From assembly GCA_963756155.1 (NCBI GenBank), contig CAVWMQ010000001.1:602380-666379 (forward strand): DNA of 64,000 bases, read 5' to 3'. The DNA comes from an uncultured delta proteobacterium. GTDB lineage: Bacteria > Desulfobacterota > Binatia > Binatales > Binataceae. Shown one piece after another: positions 36,773 to 47,709 of this stretch. Each line of letters opens with the position of its first letter. The stretch's first letter is position 1. The notes below the pieces were generated by a model, which had not been told where the DNA came from, did no database searches, and was given only the letters and a program-made list of their open reading frames with translations. The position numbers and the translations under genes were made by a program.

Positions 36773-37237
36773 CTAATCCAACCGTAGCTCCATGACGATG
36801 GCGTCCTCGCCGGGACCGTAGTAGTGCTTTCTCAAACGTCGTTCCTCAAATTCGAACTTACGATACAAATATCGCGCGGGCAGATTAGACCGTCTGACCT
36901 CCAAGGTAACGACTTGGGCGCCCTGCACTCGCGCTTCCTCGATCGTGGCACCGATAAGATCGCATCCGATGCCCGAGCGGCGGAAATCCGGATGCACTGC
37001 GATGTTGAGTACGTGGCATTCGTCCGCGACCAGCCATCGGCATAGGTAGCCGGACGGCACGGCGGTCGCCGCGTGGTCTGGTCCGGGGACGTCGACCGCG
37101 ACGGTCACTCGCGAGAAGGGCAGGCTAAGCTCGCGCTTGAATGACGCCAAGCTCCACGGCGTCGGGAACGCGAGACGTTCTATCTCCAGTATCCGCGGAA
37201 GGTCGCGGTGGGTGGCGTCCCTGATTTGGATCGCCAT
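36773..37237 (-). CDS. rimI: Ribosomal-protein-alanine N-acetyltransferase
   Basis: AFPTPWS, HVLNIAVHP..RRSGIG, LEVRRSN, RKHYY...EDA. Confidence 0.93.
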   Translation of the reverse strand: MAIQIRDATHRDLPRILEIERLAFPTPWSLASFKRELSLPFSRVTVAVDVPGPDHAATAVPSGYLCRWLVADECHVLNIAVHPDFRRSGIGCDLIGATIEEARVQGAQVVTLEVRRSNLPARYLYRKFEFEERRLRKHYYGPGEDAIVMELRLD

Positions 37238-37299
37238 CGTTCCCAATTCATCTCCGCCACGGCGACGATGCCGCGCGAGCAGGCAGTATCGAGTGTGGC

Positions 37300-38764
37300 T
37301 CAGGCCGCGTGTTGAAGCTCGCCGCCTTCACCCTTCATCACGACGATCTCGAGCACTTTGTCGTGCATCCGATGCTTGAACGTGGTCACGGGCCGATGGA
37401 ATTCGATGCGGGTCATGAAGTCGGCCGGGAACGACGACGACACGTAGGACAGCTTGCGTAGTGCCTCGCCGCGCACGCTCGCGTTGATCACCAGCGTGCC
37501 GTCGTTGAGCGCGATGTTGTAGTCGTAGTCGGGCATCTCGTTGGGCAAATTCCACAGCCGCTTGAGCGACGACGCCGGCAACTGCCGCGGCATCTCCAGG
37601 CGCACCAGGTAGGCATTGGTGAATTCCTTCACCGTGTAGATGGTGCCATAGCGACGGTCGCGCTCGGTCTTTTCGTCGTGCATCGCGGTCTGAAAGCCCT
37701 CGAAACCGACCTTCCGATCGACGCGCTGGACGGCGCGGCCTCGGGCGACCAGGTTGCCAACGGGTGCCAGGGCCAGGCCGTACCAGCATCCGCGGTATGT
37801 CATCTCTGAGGACGGTTTAGCGTGCAGGATGCCCTCACGTAGCCGCCAAGCTGCCTCGCCTGACGCGATCAGCAGCCCGAGCAGCATCCATCCGCCGGTT
37901 GCCTGCGAGAACAGTGAGTCTCCCAGCACCAGGACCGCAAACGCCGTTAGAATCGCCGGATACAGGATCAGGTTGACGATCATGTTGAGCGCCGTCGACC
38001 GCTGACGCGAGAAGCCCGCCTGACTTCCGACCGCCGCCTCGAGATTCGCCTTGACCCCGTCCGGCATCGCACCGAGCACCGGCTCGCCGAGCCGCAGCGC
38101 TATCTGCACCGCAATCGGCGCGGTGCGGGCCGAGGTTGTATCGATGGAGGCGAGGACGGTGTCGAAATCTTGATCTAGCTCGCCCGGGAAATGCTTCTCG
38201 CCGAGCGGTCCGGGGAGCGCGCCGATGTCCTTGGGCAGGTTGAGCATCGCGACCGGCGCCGCGGCCGATGCGGGCGCGGCCGCTACTGGAGCCGCCGACG
38301 GGCGCTGGCGCTGGCGCGGGCTTCGGCGCGACGGGCGCGGCGGCCGCTGCCGGTGCTGCGGTGCCGTTGGCGCCCGCGGCAGCCGGCTTCGGCGCCGGCG
38401 CCGCTGCGCCCGCTTCCGCCGGCGCTCCGCCTTCTTTGCGGAAGCGCGACGGCGCATCGTCGGCAAACGCCTCGTCAGGATGCAGCACGCGCGCTCGCGC
38501 GAGCAGCACCGCCTCGGTCTCGAGATTCGCCGGGTCGGGAATGCAGCAATCGACCGGGCACACCGCTGCGCACGCCTCGTGATCGTAGAAACCTACGCAC
38601 TCGGTGCACTTGACGGGAGTGATGTAATAGATGTCCTGCGCGACCGCGGGATGCGTCTCGCCGTTTAACTCCCACGGCACGCCGCCGGCATAGATCGCGG
38701 TGTTGGGGCATTCCGGTTCGCACGCCCCGCAGTTGATGCATTCGCTGGTGATAGTAGTCGCCAT
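37300..38764 (-). CDS. YfhL-like 2[4Fe-4S] ferredoxin fused via an Ala/Pro linker to two TM helices and a C-terminal HSP20-like domain; one extra base near 38301
   Basis: CINCGACEPECP and CTECVGFYDHEACAAVCPVDCC in ORF 37835..38764; removing one C from GCGCCCGTCG joins it to ORF 37300..38466 (APAPAP-SAAPVAAAP), about 487 aa. Confidence 0.75.
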
Positions 38765-39033
38765 CTATCCTTTCGTCCCTGACTTCGATGTAGAAGACAC
38801 AAACTTTGAAGAGCCCGCGCAGATTGGGCTGATATTCCCGACCGTTACCCTGACCATAACTGTAGAAAGTTTTGTCTGTCAACGGGGGCCGCTGAAACCG
38901 CGCTAATCCATCGCGAATCTCCGATGTGTGCCGCACATAACACGGACTGGCTTGCCTTGGTCAAATTGATTTGCAACTATGGCGAAGATCGTTTGTGTCC
39001 GCGTCGACTGGAACCAGCAGGAGGAAAGTTCGG

Positions 39034-39315
39034 ATGAAGAAATTTGCAATGGTGATGGCGCTCGCAACGGCGGGGTTGTTCATGGCCGCGTGCGGTCCCG
39101 ATATGGCCACTATCAACTCGGCCAGTGACCGCGCCGAAGCCGACGCGACCCGGGCCGAAGCTGCCGCCAGCGCGGCGGAAGCGGCGGCCAATCAGGCTGA
39201 CGCGGCCTCCAAGCAGGCTGACGAAGCCGCGTCCGGCGCAGAGGATGCGACGCGCAGGGCTAATGACGCGGTATCGCGTCTGGAAGCGGCGTTCTCGACC
39301 TCGGTCACGAAGTAA
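39034..39315 (+). CDS. Alanine-zipper lipoprotein (Lpp/OprI-like)
   Basis: AGGAGG RBS, MAAC lipobox, Ala heptads, C-terminal Lys. Confidence 0.85.
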   Translation: MKKFAMVMALATAGLFMAACGPDMATINSASDRAEADATRAEAAASAAEAAANQADAASKQADEAASGAEDATRRANDAVSRLEAAFSTSVTK

Positions 39316-39433
39316 GTATTCAGGCTGAAACAAGTATTCGGGTTTAGTTGCGCAAGCGGCGGGAAGAGCGTTCACGCTCATCCCGCCGCTTCATCAATTG
39401 GCGTCGTGGACAGTTCAGCAACCAGTCTTGGCG

Positions 39434-39988
39434 CTACTGCTGCGTTGACTCTTTTGATTCTTTCTTCGATTCCTTGGCTGCGGGCGATTGCGCCGCGTCA
39501 TTCTTGAGCGCCTTGAGCACCCGATCGTGCATCGTGTCATCGCGCTCGATTCGTGACTCGAGGTCGCGGAAGGTGGCGACGCTGATTCCTTCTTTGGCAG
39601 TGGCCTGGTCGACGGTCAGGTTGTGGTCGTGCTGCATCATCTTGTACACGTCGATGTACTTCTGGAGCTGGTCGTTGGGGACTTCCTTGTCCTCCCCGCT
39701 GTCGCCGCTGTCGCCGGTGTCGTCATCTTGAGCGAGCGTGGCGTCCGACCGGCCGAACGGCTCGGTGTAAGCGAGCGGCTGGCTCTGGGGGTTGCCGGGC
39801 TGCTCGTTTTCGGCGTACGCGAGCGGCTCGATTCGCTCGCTTCGGATCGTGGCGCCGAGCGCGGCGCCGCCCGCCACCGCGGCCGCTCCGAGCGCGCCGG
39901 CAGCGAACAGGATTGCCACCAGTTTCGCCGCGATGCGGCGGGTGGTCCGCGGTTCGGACGTCGGCCGCGGTTCAATTATCTTTTGCAC
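39434..39988 (-). CDS. Exported hypothetical protein (DUF4168-like)
   Basis: Signal peptide; VPNDQLQKYIDVY...EGISVATFRDL...DD.MHDRV. Confidence 0.6.
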   Translation of the reverse strand: MQKIIEPRPTSEPRTTRRIAAKLVAILFAAGALGAAAVAGGAALGATIRSERIEPLAYAENEQPGNPQSQPLAYTEPFGRSDATLAQDDDTGDSGDSGEDKEVPNDQLQKYIDVYKMMQHDHNLTVDQATAKEGISVATFRDLESRIERDDTMHDRVLKALKNDAAQSPAAKESKKESKESTQQ

Positions 39989-40212
39989 TTGAAAACCTCG
40001 CTACAGAATAATCATCCTTGCACGCCGCGCGGGCATCTTAAAGAGGATTCCTCTTGCAAAGCTGTAATCCATGCTTAAGTTTCACCCGCGAGCTTGATGC
40101 GCGTGTGCGCGGTTGTGTATCGACTTTCAGTTCACGAATAAATCCTGCGCAAACCAGTCATAAGCGCGCAAATGAATCATAAGAACGCATCATAAGACGG
40201 AGACGAACTTAA

Positions 40213-41916
40213 ATGGCGGCCAAAACAATTGAGCTTCATGAACGAGCCCGCATTGGAATTGTCGCAGGCGCGACCCTGGTCGCCGAAGCCGCGCGCGTGA
40301 CGCTGGGCCCGCGCGGCCGCAACGTGATGATCCAGAAGAGCTTCGGCGCGCCGGTGGTCACCAAGGACGGCGTCACCGTGGTCAAGGAAATCGAGCTCCA
40401 GGATCATTTCGAGAACATGGGCGCCAAGCTGCTGCGCGAAGTCGCGCAGAAGACAGCCGACGCCGCCGGCGACGGCACCACCACCGCCACAGTGCTGGCC
40501 GGAGCGATCCTGCGCGAAGGGATCAAGCTGCTCGCCGCCGGGTTCGCGCCGATGGAACTCAAGCGCGGGATGGAAGTAGCGACGCTCAAGGCTATCGAGG
40601 TCATCAAGGACGGCGCGCGTCCGGTGAAGGAGCGCGGACGCATGGAGCAGGTCGCAACTATCGCGGCCAACGGCGACGACGCGATCGGCAAAATCGTCTC
40701 CGACGCGATGGACAAGGTCGGCAAGGAGGGCGTCATCACGGTCGAAGAAGGACGCGGCCTCGAGACCGTTCTCGACCTGGTCGAAGGGATGCGCTTTGAC
40801 CGCGGCTTCCTGTCTCCTTACTTCATCACCAACGCCGACAAGCTCAACGTCGAGCTCACGGAACCGCTCATCCTGCTGCACGAAAAGAAAATCTCCAACC
40901 TGCGCGAGATGGTCCCGCTACTCGAGCAAGTCGTGCAGCAGGGACGCCCGCTGCTGATAATCGCGGAGGACGTCGAGAGCGAGGCGCTCACCACGCTGGT
41001 AGTCAACAAGCTGCGCGGCACGCTCAAGGTCGCGGCGGTCAAGGCGCCGGGCTTCGGCGATCGGCGCAAAGAGATGCTCGGCGATATCGCAGTGCTGACT
41101 GGCGGCACCGTGATCGCAGAGGAACTCGGCGGCAAGCTCGAGAACACGCCGGTCAGCGCACTCGGGAAAGCCAAGCGCGTGATCATCGACAAGGACAACA
41201 CCACGATCGTGGGCGGCGCGGGTAAGAAGGCCGAGATCGACGGGCGTATCGAGCAGCTCCGCAGGCAAATCAAGGACACCACTTCGGAATACGATCGCGA
41301 GAAACTCGAAGAGCGGCTCGCGAAGCTCACCGGCGGTGTCGCCGTGATCAGAGTCGCGGCGGCGACCGAAGTCGAGCTCAAGGAAAAGAAGTCGCGCGTC
41401 GAGGACGCCGTGCACGCGCTGCGCGCCGCAGTCGAGGAAGGCGTAGTCGCCGGCGGCGGCGTTGCCTTGGCGCGGGCTATCCCGGCGGTGCGCGCGATGC
41501 GGCTCGACGAGGGCCGCAAGGCGGGCGCCAACATAATCGCGGATGCTATGGGCGAGCCGCTGCGCCAGATCGCGCGCAACGCAGGCCACGAGCCGCACGT
41601 GGTATTCAACAAGGTCGCGGAAGGGAAGGGCGACTACGGCTTCAACGCTCGCAGCGAGAAATACGAGAACCTGGTCGAAGCCGGCGTGATCGATCCGGCC
41701 AAAGTCGTGCGCAGTGCGCTCGAGAACGCAGTCAGCGCAGCAGCTCTGATGCTGACCACCGAGGCCGCGATCGCCGAGAAGCCCAAGAAGGCCGCGCCGA
41801 TGCCCGCGATGCCGCCGGGAGGAATGGGCGGCATGGGTGGTATGGGAGGAATGGGCGGTATGGGTGGCATGGGCGGAATGGGCGGGATGGACGATTTCGG
41901 CGGCGATGACTTTTAA
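40213..41916 (+). CDS. groEL: Chaperonin GroEL (no adjacent groES)
   Basis: [37 protein letters not shown], (GGM)8 tail. Confidence 0.98.
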   Translation: MAAKTIELHERARIGIVAGATLVAEAARVTLGPRGRNVMIQKSFGAPVVTKDGVTVVKEIELQDHFENMGAKLLREVAQKTADAAGDGTTTATVLAGAILREGIKLLAAGFAPMELKRGMEVATLKAIEVIKDGARPVKERGRMEQVATIAANGDDAIGKIVSDAMDKVGKEGVITVEEGRGLETVLDLVEGMRFDRGFLSPYFITNADKLNVELTEPLILLHEKKISNLREMVPLLEQVVQQGRPLLIIAEDVESEALTTLVVNKLRGTLKVAAVKAPGFGDRRKEMLGDIAVLTGGTVIAEELGGKLENTPVSALGKAKRVIIDKDNTTIVGGAGKKAEIDGRIEQLRRQIKDTTSEYDREKLEERLAKLTGGVAVIRVAAATEVELKEKKSRVEDAVHALRAAVEEGVVAGGGVALARAIPAVRAMRLDEGRKAGANIIADAMGEPLRQIARNAGHEPHVVFNKVAEGKGDYGFNARSEKYENLVEAGVIDPAKVVRSALENAVSAAALMLTTEAAIAEKPKKAAPMPAMPPGGMGGMGGMGGMGGMGGMGGMGGMDDFGGDDF

Positions 41917-42237
41917 CCGGAACTTCAAGAAATTATTTCTAACTGGAAGATGAACATATTATTTCACGCGAGCGAAGTTAACGGATAACTATGCGCGGAT
42001 AGCATCAGCCGTTTCGTCTGGGCTCATATAACTGTGTCACCGGTCATAATTCGGATAATCAGGTTACTGAGGTGACAGCGTTAATGGGTTCTCCAGATAA
42101 CTGCATTGATGTCTGGATCGGCACTGGATATATTGCATAGTAGTCAGTATTTGTGAGACAAAATTTAAGTTAGGGTTGCGCCGGTCGAAATCGGACACGG
42201 CTAGCTACGGGTTGTCGTAATTTCCAGGAGGAAAAGA

Positions 42238-42675
42238 ATGCAAGGGTTAATGAGAAAGTCTTCGAAACTGTTTGTGCTGGCCGGGGCTGCGTTAGCCCTT
42301 TCGTTTGCGACGGCATGCTCGAACCAGCCTGATCCCGCGCAGCGCGCCGTGAATGCGGCCAATCGCGCCGACCAGGCGGCCTCGCGCGCTGAGGCAGCCA
42401 GCCAGAAGGCGCAGCAGGCAGCAGCGTCGGCGCAGGCTGCCGCCAGCCGCGTCGAGCAAGCGGCCAGCGATGCCAAGGCTGCGGCGGATCGCGCCGAAGC
42501 GATCGCGGCCAAGACCATGGCTTCCGCGCCCAGCCATCATGAGGGCGCGCGCCGTCGTCGGCGTCGTGCAGCCGCCGCAGGCGCTGCGGCTGGTGCCGCG
42601 GCCGGTGCTGATGCTGGCGCTGCAGCAGGTGCGGCTACCGAGCCTGCTCCGGCTCCCGCTCCTTCCACTCCGTAA
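42238..42675 (+). CDS. Alanine-zipper lipoprotein with Arg-rich and Ala/Pro tail
   Basis: AGGAGG RBS, ATAC lipobox, ADQAASRAEAASQKAQQAA heptads. Confidence 0.8.
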   Translation: MQGLMRKSSKLFVLAGAALALSFATACSNQPDPAQRAVNAANRADQAASRAEAASQKAQQAAASAQAAASRVEQAASDAKAAADRAEAIAAKTMASAPSHHEGARRRRRRAAAAGAAAGAAAGADAGAAAGAATEPAPAPAPSTP

Positions 42676-42696
42676 TTTAGTTTAGGCGCAACATAG

Positions 42697-42729
42697 ACAA
42701 GGGCGGTCGCTCAGTGCGGCCGCCCTTGT
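42697..42729. terminator. Hairpin terminator between convergent genes
   Basis: ACAAGGGCGGTCGC / GCGGCCGCCCTTGT stem. Confidence 0.7.
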
Positions 42730-42919
42730 TGCACTTCCAGTAATCGCGCGCGGCTTTCGCGGCGCGCGTTTCTGAATTTCTCGCGCACGCATTCGCGTCT
42801 TCGCGCGCACGCTGCGATCTTCCCAGTGGAATTTTTTCCGGATTGCGATCGTGGTTGCGATCGCTGACGGCGCTTTCGACTTCTAAGTATCGTGGGCGGC
42901 GCTTGCGATCGCGCTAGGA

Positions 42920-43942
42920 TTATTCGGCGAACGTCACGATCACTTTGAGCGATTCGGGCGTCTGCGCGGCCGCATAGGCCTGGCTTATTTGCTCGAGCGG
43001 AAATTGATGCGTCACCAGCTCGCCCGCGCTGATCACGCCGCCGGTCACCAGCCGCAGCGCTTCGCGGGTATCTTCGGGACCGCACGAGTAGCTGGGAATG
43101 AGACGCGTCTCGTTGAAGTACAAATCGTGCGGCCGCACCATCAGTTCTTCTTCGGGCGGCGTCGCGGTGAACTGCACGACCGTCGCGCCCTTGCCCGCGG
43201 CGGCGATGCCGGTAGTGAGCGCGCGGGCGGTGCCGGGACCCACGATGACCACGTCGGCCATGGCACCCTTGGTCGCCTCGCGCACCTGGTCGATCAGGTT
43301 GTCGCCCGCCACCACGATTCCCACGTCTGCGCCGAGTTCCTTTGCCCGCGTGGCGCGCCGCTCGAAAAGATCCGCGCCGATGATCATGCCCGCGCCGAGA
43401 TTGCGTGCGAGCTTCACGTGCATCATGCCCATGATGCCAAGTCCGATCACCAGAATTGTCTCGCCGGGCTTGAGTCCCGAGCGGCGGAGAGACTTCACCA
43501 CGCACGCCGCGGGCTCGATCAGCACGCCGTCCGCCCACGAGACTGCATCGGGAAGCTTGAGCGTGTCGCGCTGATTGGCCGCGCTGACCAGGAAAAATTC
43601 CGCCATCCCGCCCGGCTTGATATTGGTCGCGCGCCAGGTCGGGCATTGCACGTACTCGCCGCGCCGGCACGCCGCGCAGGTAAAGCAGGGCGCGTGATGA
43701 TGGACGAACACGCGATCGCCGGGGCGGAACCCGCTGACCGCGGCGCCCGCCTCGGCGACTACGCCGACCGGCTCGTGGCCGAGCACCAGCGGCGCCTTGC
43801 GACGAATGTACCAGGGCATGATGTCGCCGGAGCAAATCCCGCACGCGTGCGCGCGCACCACGATATCGCCGGGGCCGGCCTCGGGACGCGCGCTTTCCTC
43901 GACGCGGATGTCGCCGAAGTCATAGAGCCGTGCTACCTGCAT
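42920..43942 (-). CDS. Zinc-dependent medium-chain alcohol/polyol dehydrogenase
   Basis: CGICSGD, GHE, CxxCxxC..C structural Zn site, GLGIMG. Confidence 0.92.
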   Translation of the reverse strand: MQVARLYDFGDIRVEESARPEAGPGDIVVRAHACGICSGDIMPWYIRRKAPLVLGHEPVGVVAEAGAAVSGFRPGDRVFVHHHAPCFTCAACRRGEYVQCPTWRATNIKPGGMAEFFLVSAANQRDTLKLPDAVSWADGVLIEPAACVVKSLRRSGLKPGETILVIGLGIMGMMHVKLARNLGAGMIIGADLFERRATRAKELGADVGIVVAGDNLIDQVREATKGAMADVVIVGPGTARALTTGIAAAGKGATVVQFTATPPEEELMVRPHDLYFNETRLIPSYSCGPEDTREALRLVTGGVISAGELVTHQFPLEQISQAYAAAQTPESLKVIVTFAE

Positions 43943-44062
43943 CAGACAGTCCTTGCCGCAACTTTGTGGGTCGAATCGGGCGTTGTCAACGGGATGCCGT
44001 GGGAGCCGCGCAACACACTTTTTTCGCTGATGAAGCGAGCCGCGGCGTGGTAGATTTTATCC

Positions 44063-44500
44063 ATGCCAAAGCCGAAGTGCCCGCCAATCGCCGCCGACAT
44101 GATCGCTGAGGTCGGCGACAAGATCGTTCTGATCGAGCGCAAGAACTTCCCCCTCGGATTCGCGATACCCGGCGGCTTCGTGGAAATCGGCGAGCGCGTC
44201 GAGGACGCCGCGGTGCGCGAGGCGCGCGAGGAAATCTCGCTCGAGGTCGAAATCCGCGCGCTGCTGGGAGTCTATTCGCGGCCCGATCGCGATCCGCGCG
44301 GACACACTATCACGGTGGTCTATATCGGCCGCGCAACCGGAGCACCGACCGGCGCCGACGACGCGAAGAGCGCCGCGCTTTACGATCCGCGCAATCCGCC
44401 CGCGCCGCTGGCCTTCGACCATGCGGAGATTCTCGCCGACTATGTCCGCTTCATCGACGGCGGCGAAACTCCCGCGCCGTGGCGCACGCGCGGGCGCTAG
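44063..44500 (+). CDS. NUDIX hydrolase
   Basis: PGGFVEIGERVEDAAVREAREE Nudix box; RDPRGH. Confidence 0.93.
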   Translation: MPKPKCPPIAADMIAEVGDKIVLIERKNFPLGFAIPGGFVEIGERVEDAAVREAREEISLEVEIRALLGVYSRPDRDPRGHTITVVYIGRATGAPTGADDAKSAALYDPRNPPAPLAFDHAEILADYVRFIDGGETPAPWRTRGR

Positions 44501-45696
44501 CGCTTGAGCTTGCGGACCGCCGCGTCGATTCGGTCGAACGCCTTGTTCAGGTTCTCGCGCGAGGTCGCGTACGAAATCCGGATGTGGTTGGGCGCGCCGA
44601 AGTCGGTGCCGCCGACGGTGGAGACGTGCGCCTCGTTGAGCAGCACGTCGGCCAGCACGTCGCCGTCGCTGATGACGCGATCGCCCGACCTGGTGCCGAC
44701 CAGTTCCTCGACATTGATGAAGGCATAGAAAGCGCCCGCCGGCAGGTTGGGCAGCTTCAAGCCGGGGATCTTGCGGATACGCTCGACCACCAGCGCGCGG
44801 CGCGCGCGGAACTCCTCGACCATCAGCGGCACTTCGTCCTGCGGACCGATCAGCGCCTCGATCGCCGCGACCTGCGTGATCGAGTTGGGATTGCCGCTGT
44901 TCTGGCTCTGCAAGCGGCCCGCCGCCGCGATTACCTCTTTGGGCCCGGCGGCAAATCCGATCCGCCATCCGGTCATCGCGTAGGTCTTCGACAGCGAGTT
45001 GAAGATGATCGCGTGCTCGCGCAGCCGCGGCTCGATCGCAAAGATGTGTGGCGCCGGCCCGTCGTACACGATGTGCTCGTAGACGTCGTCGCTCATCACC
45101 CAGATGCCCGCGTCCATCAGCACCTTGGCGAGCTCGGCGAGATGCGCGGTGTTGAATACCGCGCCGGTCGGATTGGACGGCGAGTTAAGCATGATGCCGC
45201 GGGTGCGCGGCGTGATGGCGCGTTTGAGCGCCTGCGGCGTGAGCAGGAAGCCGTTGTCCTCCGGACACGGAACCAGGACCGGCTCCGCGCCGGACAGCTT
45301 GACCATCGCAACGAAGCTGACCCATGCGGGAGTCGGGATGATGACCTCGTCGCCCTCGTCGAACAGCGAGGCGATCACGTTGGCTTCGGCCTGCTTGGCT
45401 CCCGCCGAGGCCAGGATCTCGGCCGGCGAATATTCGAGCTTGCTGTCGCGGCGCAGTTTCGTGCAGATGGCCGCCTTCAGCTCCGCGGTTCCGCTGACTG
45501 CGGTGTACTTGGTTACTCCGGCTGCGAGCGCGCGCCGCGCCGCGGCCTTGATGCGCTCGGGGGTGTCGAAGTCGGGCTCGCCGGCATCGAGCGAGATAAC
45601 GTCGACGCCCTGCGCGCGCAGCTCCTTGGCACGCGCGTCGGCAGCCAGCGTGGCGGAGGGTTTGATCGCGGCAATTCTACGGTTGAGCTTGATCAT
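44497..45696 (-). CDS. aspC: PLP-dependent class I aminotransferase (aspartate aminotransferase-like)
   Basis: GEPDF, NSPSNPTG, DDVY, SLSKTYAMTGWRIG. Confidence 0.92.
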   Translation of the reverse strand: MIKLNRRIAAIKPSATLAADARAKELRAQGVDVISLDAGEPDFDTPERIKAAARRALAAGVTKYTAVSGTAELKAAICTKLRRDSKLEYSPAEILASAGAKQAEANVIASLFDEGDEVIIPTPAWVSFVAMVKLSGAEPVLVPCPEDNGFLLTPQALKRAITPRTRGIMLNSPSNPTGAVFNTAHLAELAKVLMDAGIWVMSDDVYEHIVYDGPAPHIFAIEPRLREHAIIFNSLSKTYAMTGWRIGFAAGPKEVIAAAGRLQSQNSGNPNSITQVAAIEALIGPQDEVPLMVEEFRARRALVVERIRKIPGLKLPNLPAGAFYAFINVEELVGTRSGDRVISDGDVLADVLLNEAHVSTVGGTDFGAPNHIRISYATSRENLNKAFDRIDAAVRKLKR

Positions 45697-45897
45697 GTTA
45701 CTCGGGCCGAATCATGTTTGTGATCGGCGCGGCAAGCAGTCATCGCGCGCCGTACGTCCGGCCAGCGATTGTAGCGTTAGCAGCGCGGTGAAAGAACCGC
45801 TCGCGGCGTAAAAAATCGAAACGGCAGAAATTCGATCGTCACGCTGCGGCGCGATTCAAATCGGGACACCGCGGAGGTCACCCGACAACTGCGGCGC

Positions 45898-46413
45898 TCA
45901 GTCGACCTTCAGCTTTTTTCGCAGGCGGTTCATCACTGCCTCGGGCACCAGCTCGGACACTCGCTGGCCGTGGAGCGCGACTTCCTTGATCAAGTGTGAT
46001 GCGGCGAAGAACAGTTTCGGACTGCCGAACAGCAACACCGTCTCCACGTTGGGCTTCATGTACTTGTTCATGTGGGTCATGCCGAGCTCGTATTCGAAGT
46101 CGGTGACCGCGCGCAGGCTGCGGATCACCACCCGCGCCCCGATCCGCTCGGCGTAGTCGACCACCAGGCCGCTGAACTTGTCGACGCGCGCGCGCGGCTC
46201 GAGGTCGTGGATCACCTCGCGGATCATCTCGACGCGTTCGTCGGGCGTGAACAGCGCCGAGTCCTTGTGCGGGTTGTACGCGACCGCGACGATGACCTCG
46301 TCGAAGATGGCCACTGCGCGCCGGATCACGTCGATGTGACCATTGTGGATCGGATCGAAGGTGCCGGGGTAAACGGCGATAGTGGGTCGATGTTCGATGG
46401 GTTTGTTCGCCAT
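45898..46413 (-). CDS. coaD: Pantetheine-phosphate adenylyltransferase
   Basis: YPGTFDPIHNGH, LRAVTDFEYE. Confidence 0.96.
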   Translation of the reverse strand: MANKPIEHRPTIAVYPGTFDPIHNGHIDVIRRAVAIFDEVIVAVAYNPHKDSALFTPDERVEMIREVIHDLEPRARVDKFSGLVVDYAERIGARVVIRSLRAVTDFEYELGMTHMNKYMKPNVETVLLFGSPKLFFAASHLIKEVALHGQRVSELVPEAVMNRLRKKLKVD

Positions 46414-46421
46414 TTGGGTCG

Positions 46422-47003
46422 TCAACTTTCGCTCGGCGCCCGTTCGGGTCGCCGGTAAAAGGCGATCCGGTGATCGCCAATGGTTGCGGTAGTGGGGTCT
46501 TCGATTCCGGCCGGCGCCGGCGGCATCTGCGGCGCGCGTTTGGATTGCTCGACGACGATCCATCCGCCCGGCGCGAGCATCCGCGCGCGCGCCAGGATGC
46601 CGAGCACCTCGGCGCTCATGTCGTCTTTGTAGGGCGCGTCGATGAACACCAGCTCGAACGATTCGTGCGCGCCGGCGAGTTCCGCGAGCGCGCGGCGGAC
46701 GTCGGTGCTGACGATGCGCGCGCGCGCGGAAAGATCCAGGGTTGCGAGGTTGGCGCGAATCGCGGCGGCGGCGGCGCGCGAGGAATCGACGAAGGTCACG
46801 CTGGAGGCGCCGCGCGAGAGCGCCTCGATTCCGAGCGAGCCGGAGCCGGCGAAAATGTCGAGCACCCGCGCGCCCTCGAAATCGAACCTGACGCTGAGAC
46901 GCGAAAAGATAGACTCGCGCGCTCGCGCCGAGGTCGGCCGCGTAAAAAGGCCGCGCGGCGCTTTAAGCCGCCGGCCGTGAGCCTCTCCCGCGATAACCCG
47001 CAT
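46422..47003 (-). CDS. rsmD: 16S rRNA m2G966 methyltransferase
   Basis: MRVIAG...GRRL, RPT...RESIF, LDIFAGSG.LGIEALSRGA, DAPY. Confidence 0.95.
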   Translation of the reverse strand: MRVIAGEAHGRRLKAPRGLFTRPTSARARESIFSRLSVRFDFEGARVLDIFAGSGSLGIEALSRGASSVTFVDSSRAAAAAIRANLATLDLSARARIVSTDVRRALAELAGAHESFELVFIDAPYKDDMSAEVLGILARARMLAPGGWIVVEQSKRAPQMPPAPAGIEDPTTATIGDHRIAFYRRPERAPSES

Positions 47004-47208
47004 AGCGGCTCCGTTCGGCAACGCGCGCATCGGGATGCGCCGCCGATAGCGGACGATAGATAACCGGTTCCGGACAGCGGGGCAAGTTGCGCGTTAAATC
47101 GGCGTTGATGGCTTGCGTCTTTGCCCGAATTGCGGAATTTTAGCTAGCTGTCATCACAATCCCGGGCCGCCCGGGATTCGGCGTCAGAGGTTTCGCATCA
47201 GTGTGACC

Positions 47209-47709
47209 ATGCCAGAGCGGGCCGAGCTCAAATTTTCCGACCGCGCGCTCAAGGAATACCAGGAGCTGGTCGGCCACTATCCGGCGCGGCAGGCCGCGCT
47301 GCTGCCGACGATATGGATCGCACAGCGCGAGTTCGGGTGGATCTCCGACGAGGCTTGCGAGTACGTGGCGCGGCTGATGGAGCTGCCGCCCTCGCACGTG
47401 CGCGCGGTGGTAACGTTTTATCCGATGTTCCATCGCAAGCCGGTCGGCAAGTACCTGCTCGACGTGTGCACCAATCTGTCCTGCCGGCTGCGCGGCGCCG
47501 AGAAGATTGTCGACTGTATCCGCAAGAAGCTCGCGATCGAGATCGATGAGACCACGCCCGACGGCAAGTTCACGCTCGGCAGCGCCGAGTGCCTGGCTTC
47601 GTGCGGGACGGCGCCGATGCTGCAGCTCAATCAGGATCGCTACTACGAAAACCTGACCGAAGAATCGACGCAACGGTTAATCGACGAGCTGGCAGCCCGT
47701 GACGACTGA
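47209..47709 (+). CDS. nuoE: NADH-quinone oxidoreductase subunit E ([2Fe-2S])
   Basis: VVTFYPMF...PVGKY, CTNLSC, ECLASCGTAP. Confidence 0.93.
   Translation: MPERAELKFSDRALKEYQELVGHYPARQAALLPTIWIAQREFGWISDEACEYVARLMELPPSHVRAVVTFYPMFHRKPVGKYLLDVCTNLSCRLRGAEKIVDCIRKKLAIEIDETTPDGKFTLGSAECLASCGTAPMLQLNQDRYYENLTEESTQRLIDELAARDD

Noticed and set aside
41818-41889. 9-bp periodic repeat
   Set aside because: It is simply the known GGM tail of GroEL
42119-42137. Sigma-54 promoter (GGCAC...TTGC)
   Set aside because: GG-to-GC spacing is 13 nt or 8 nt, not the required 10
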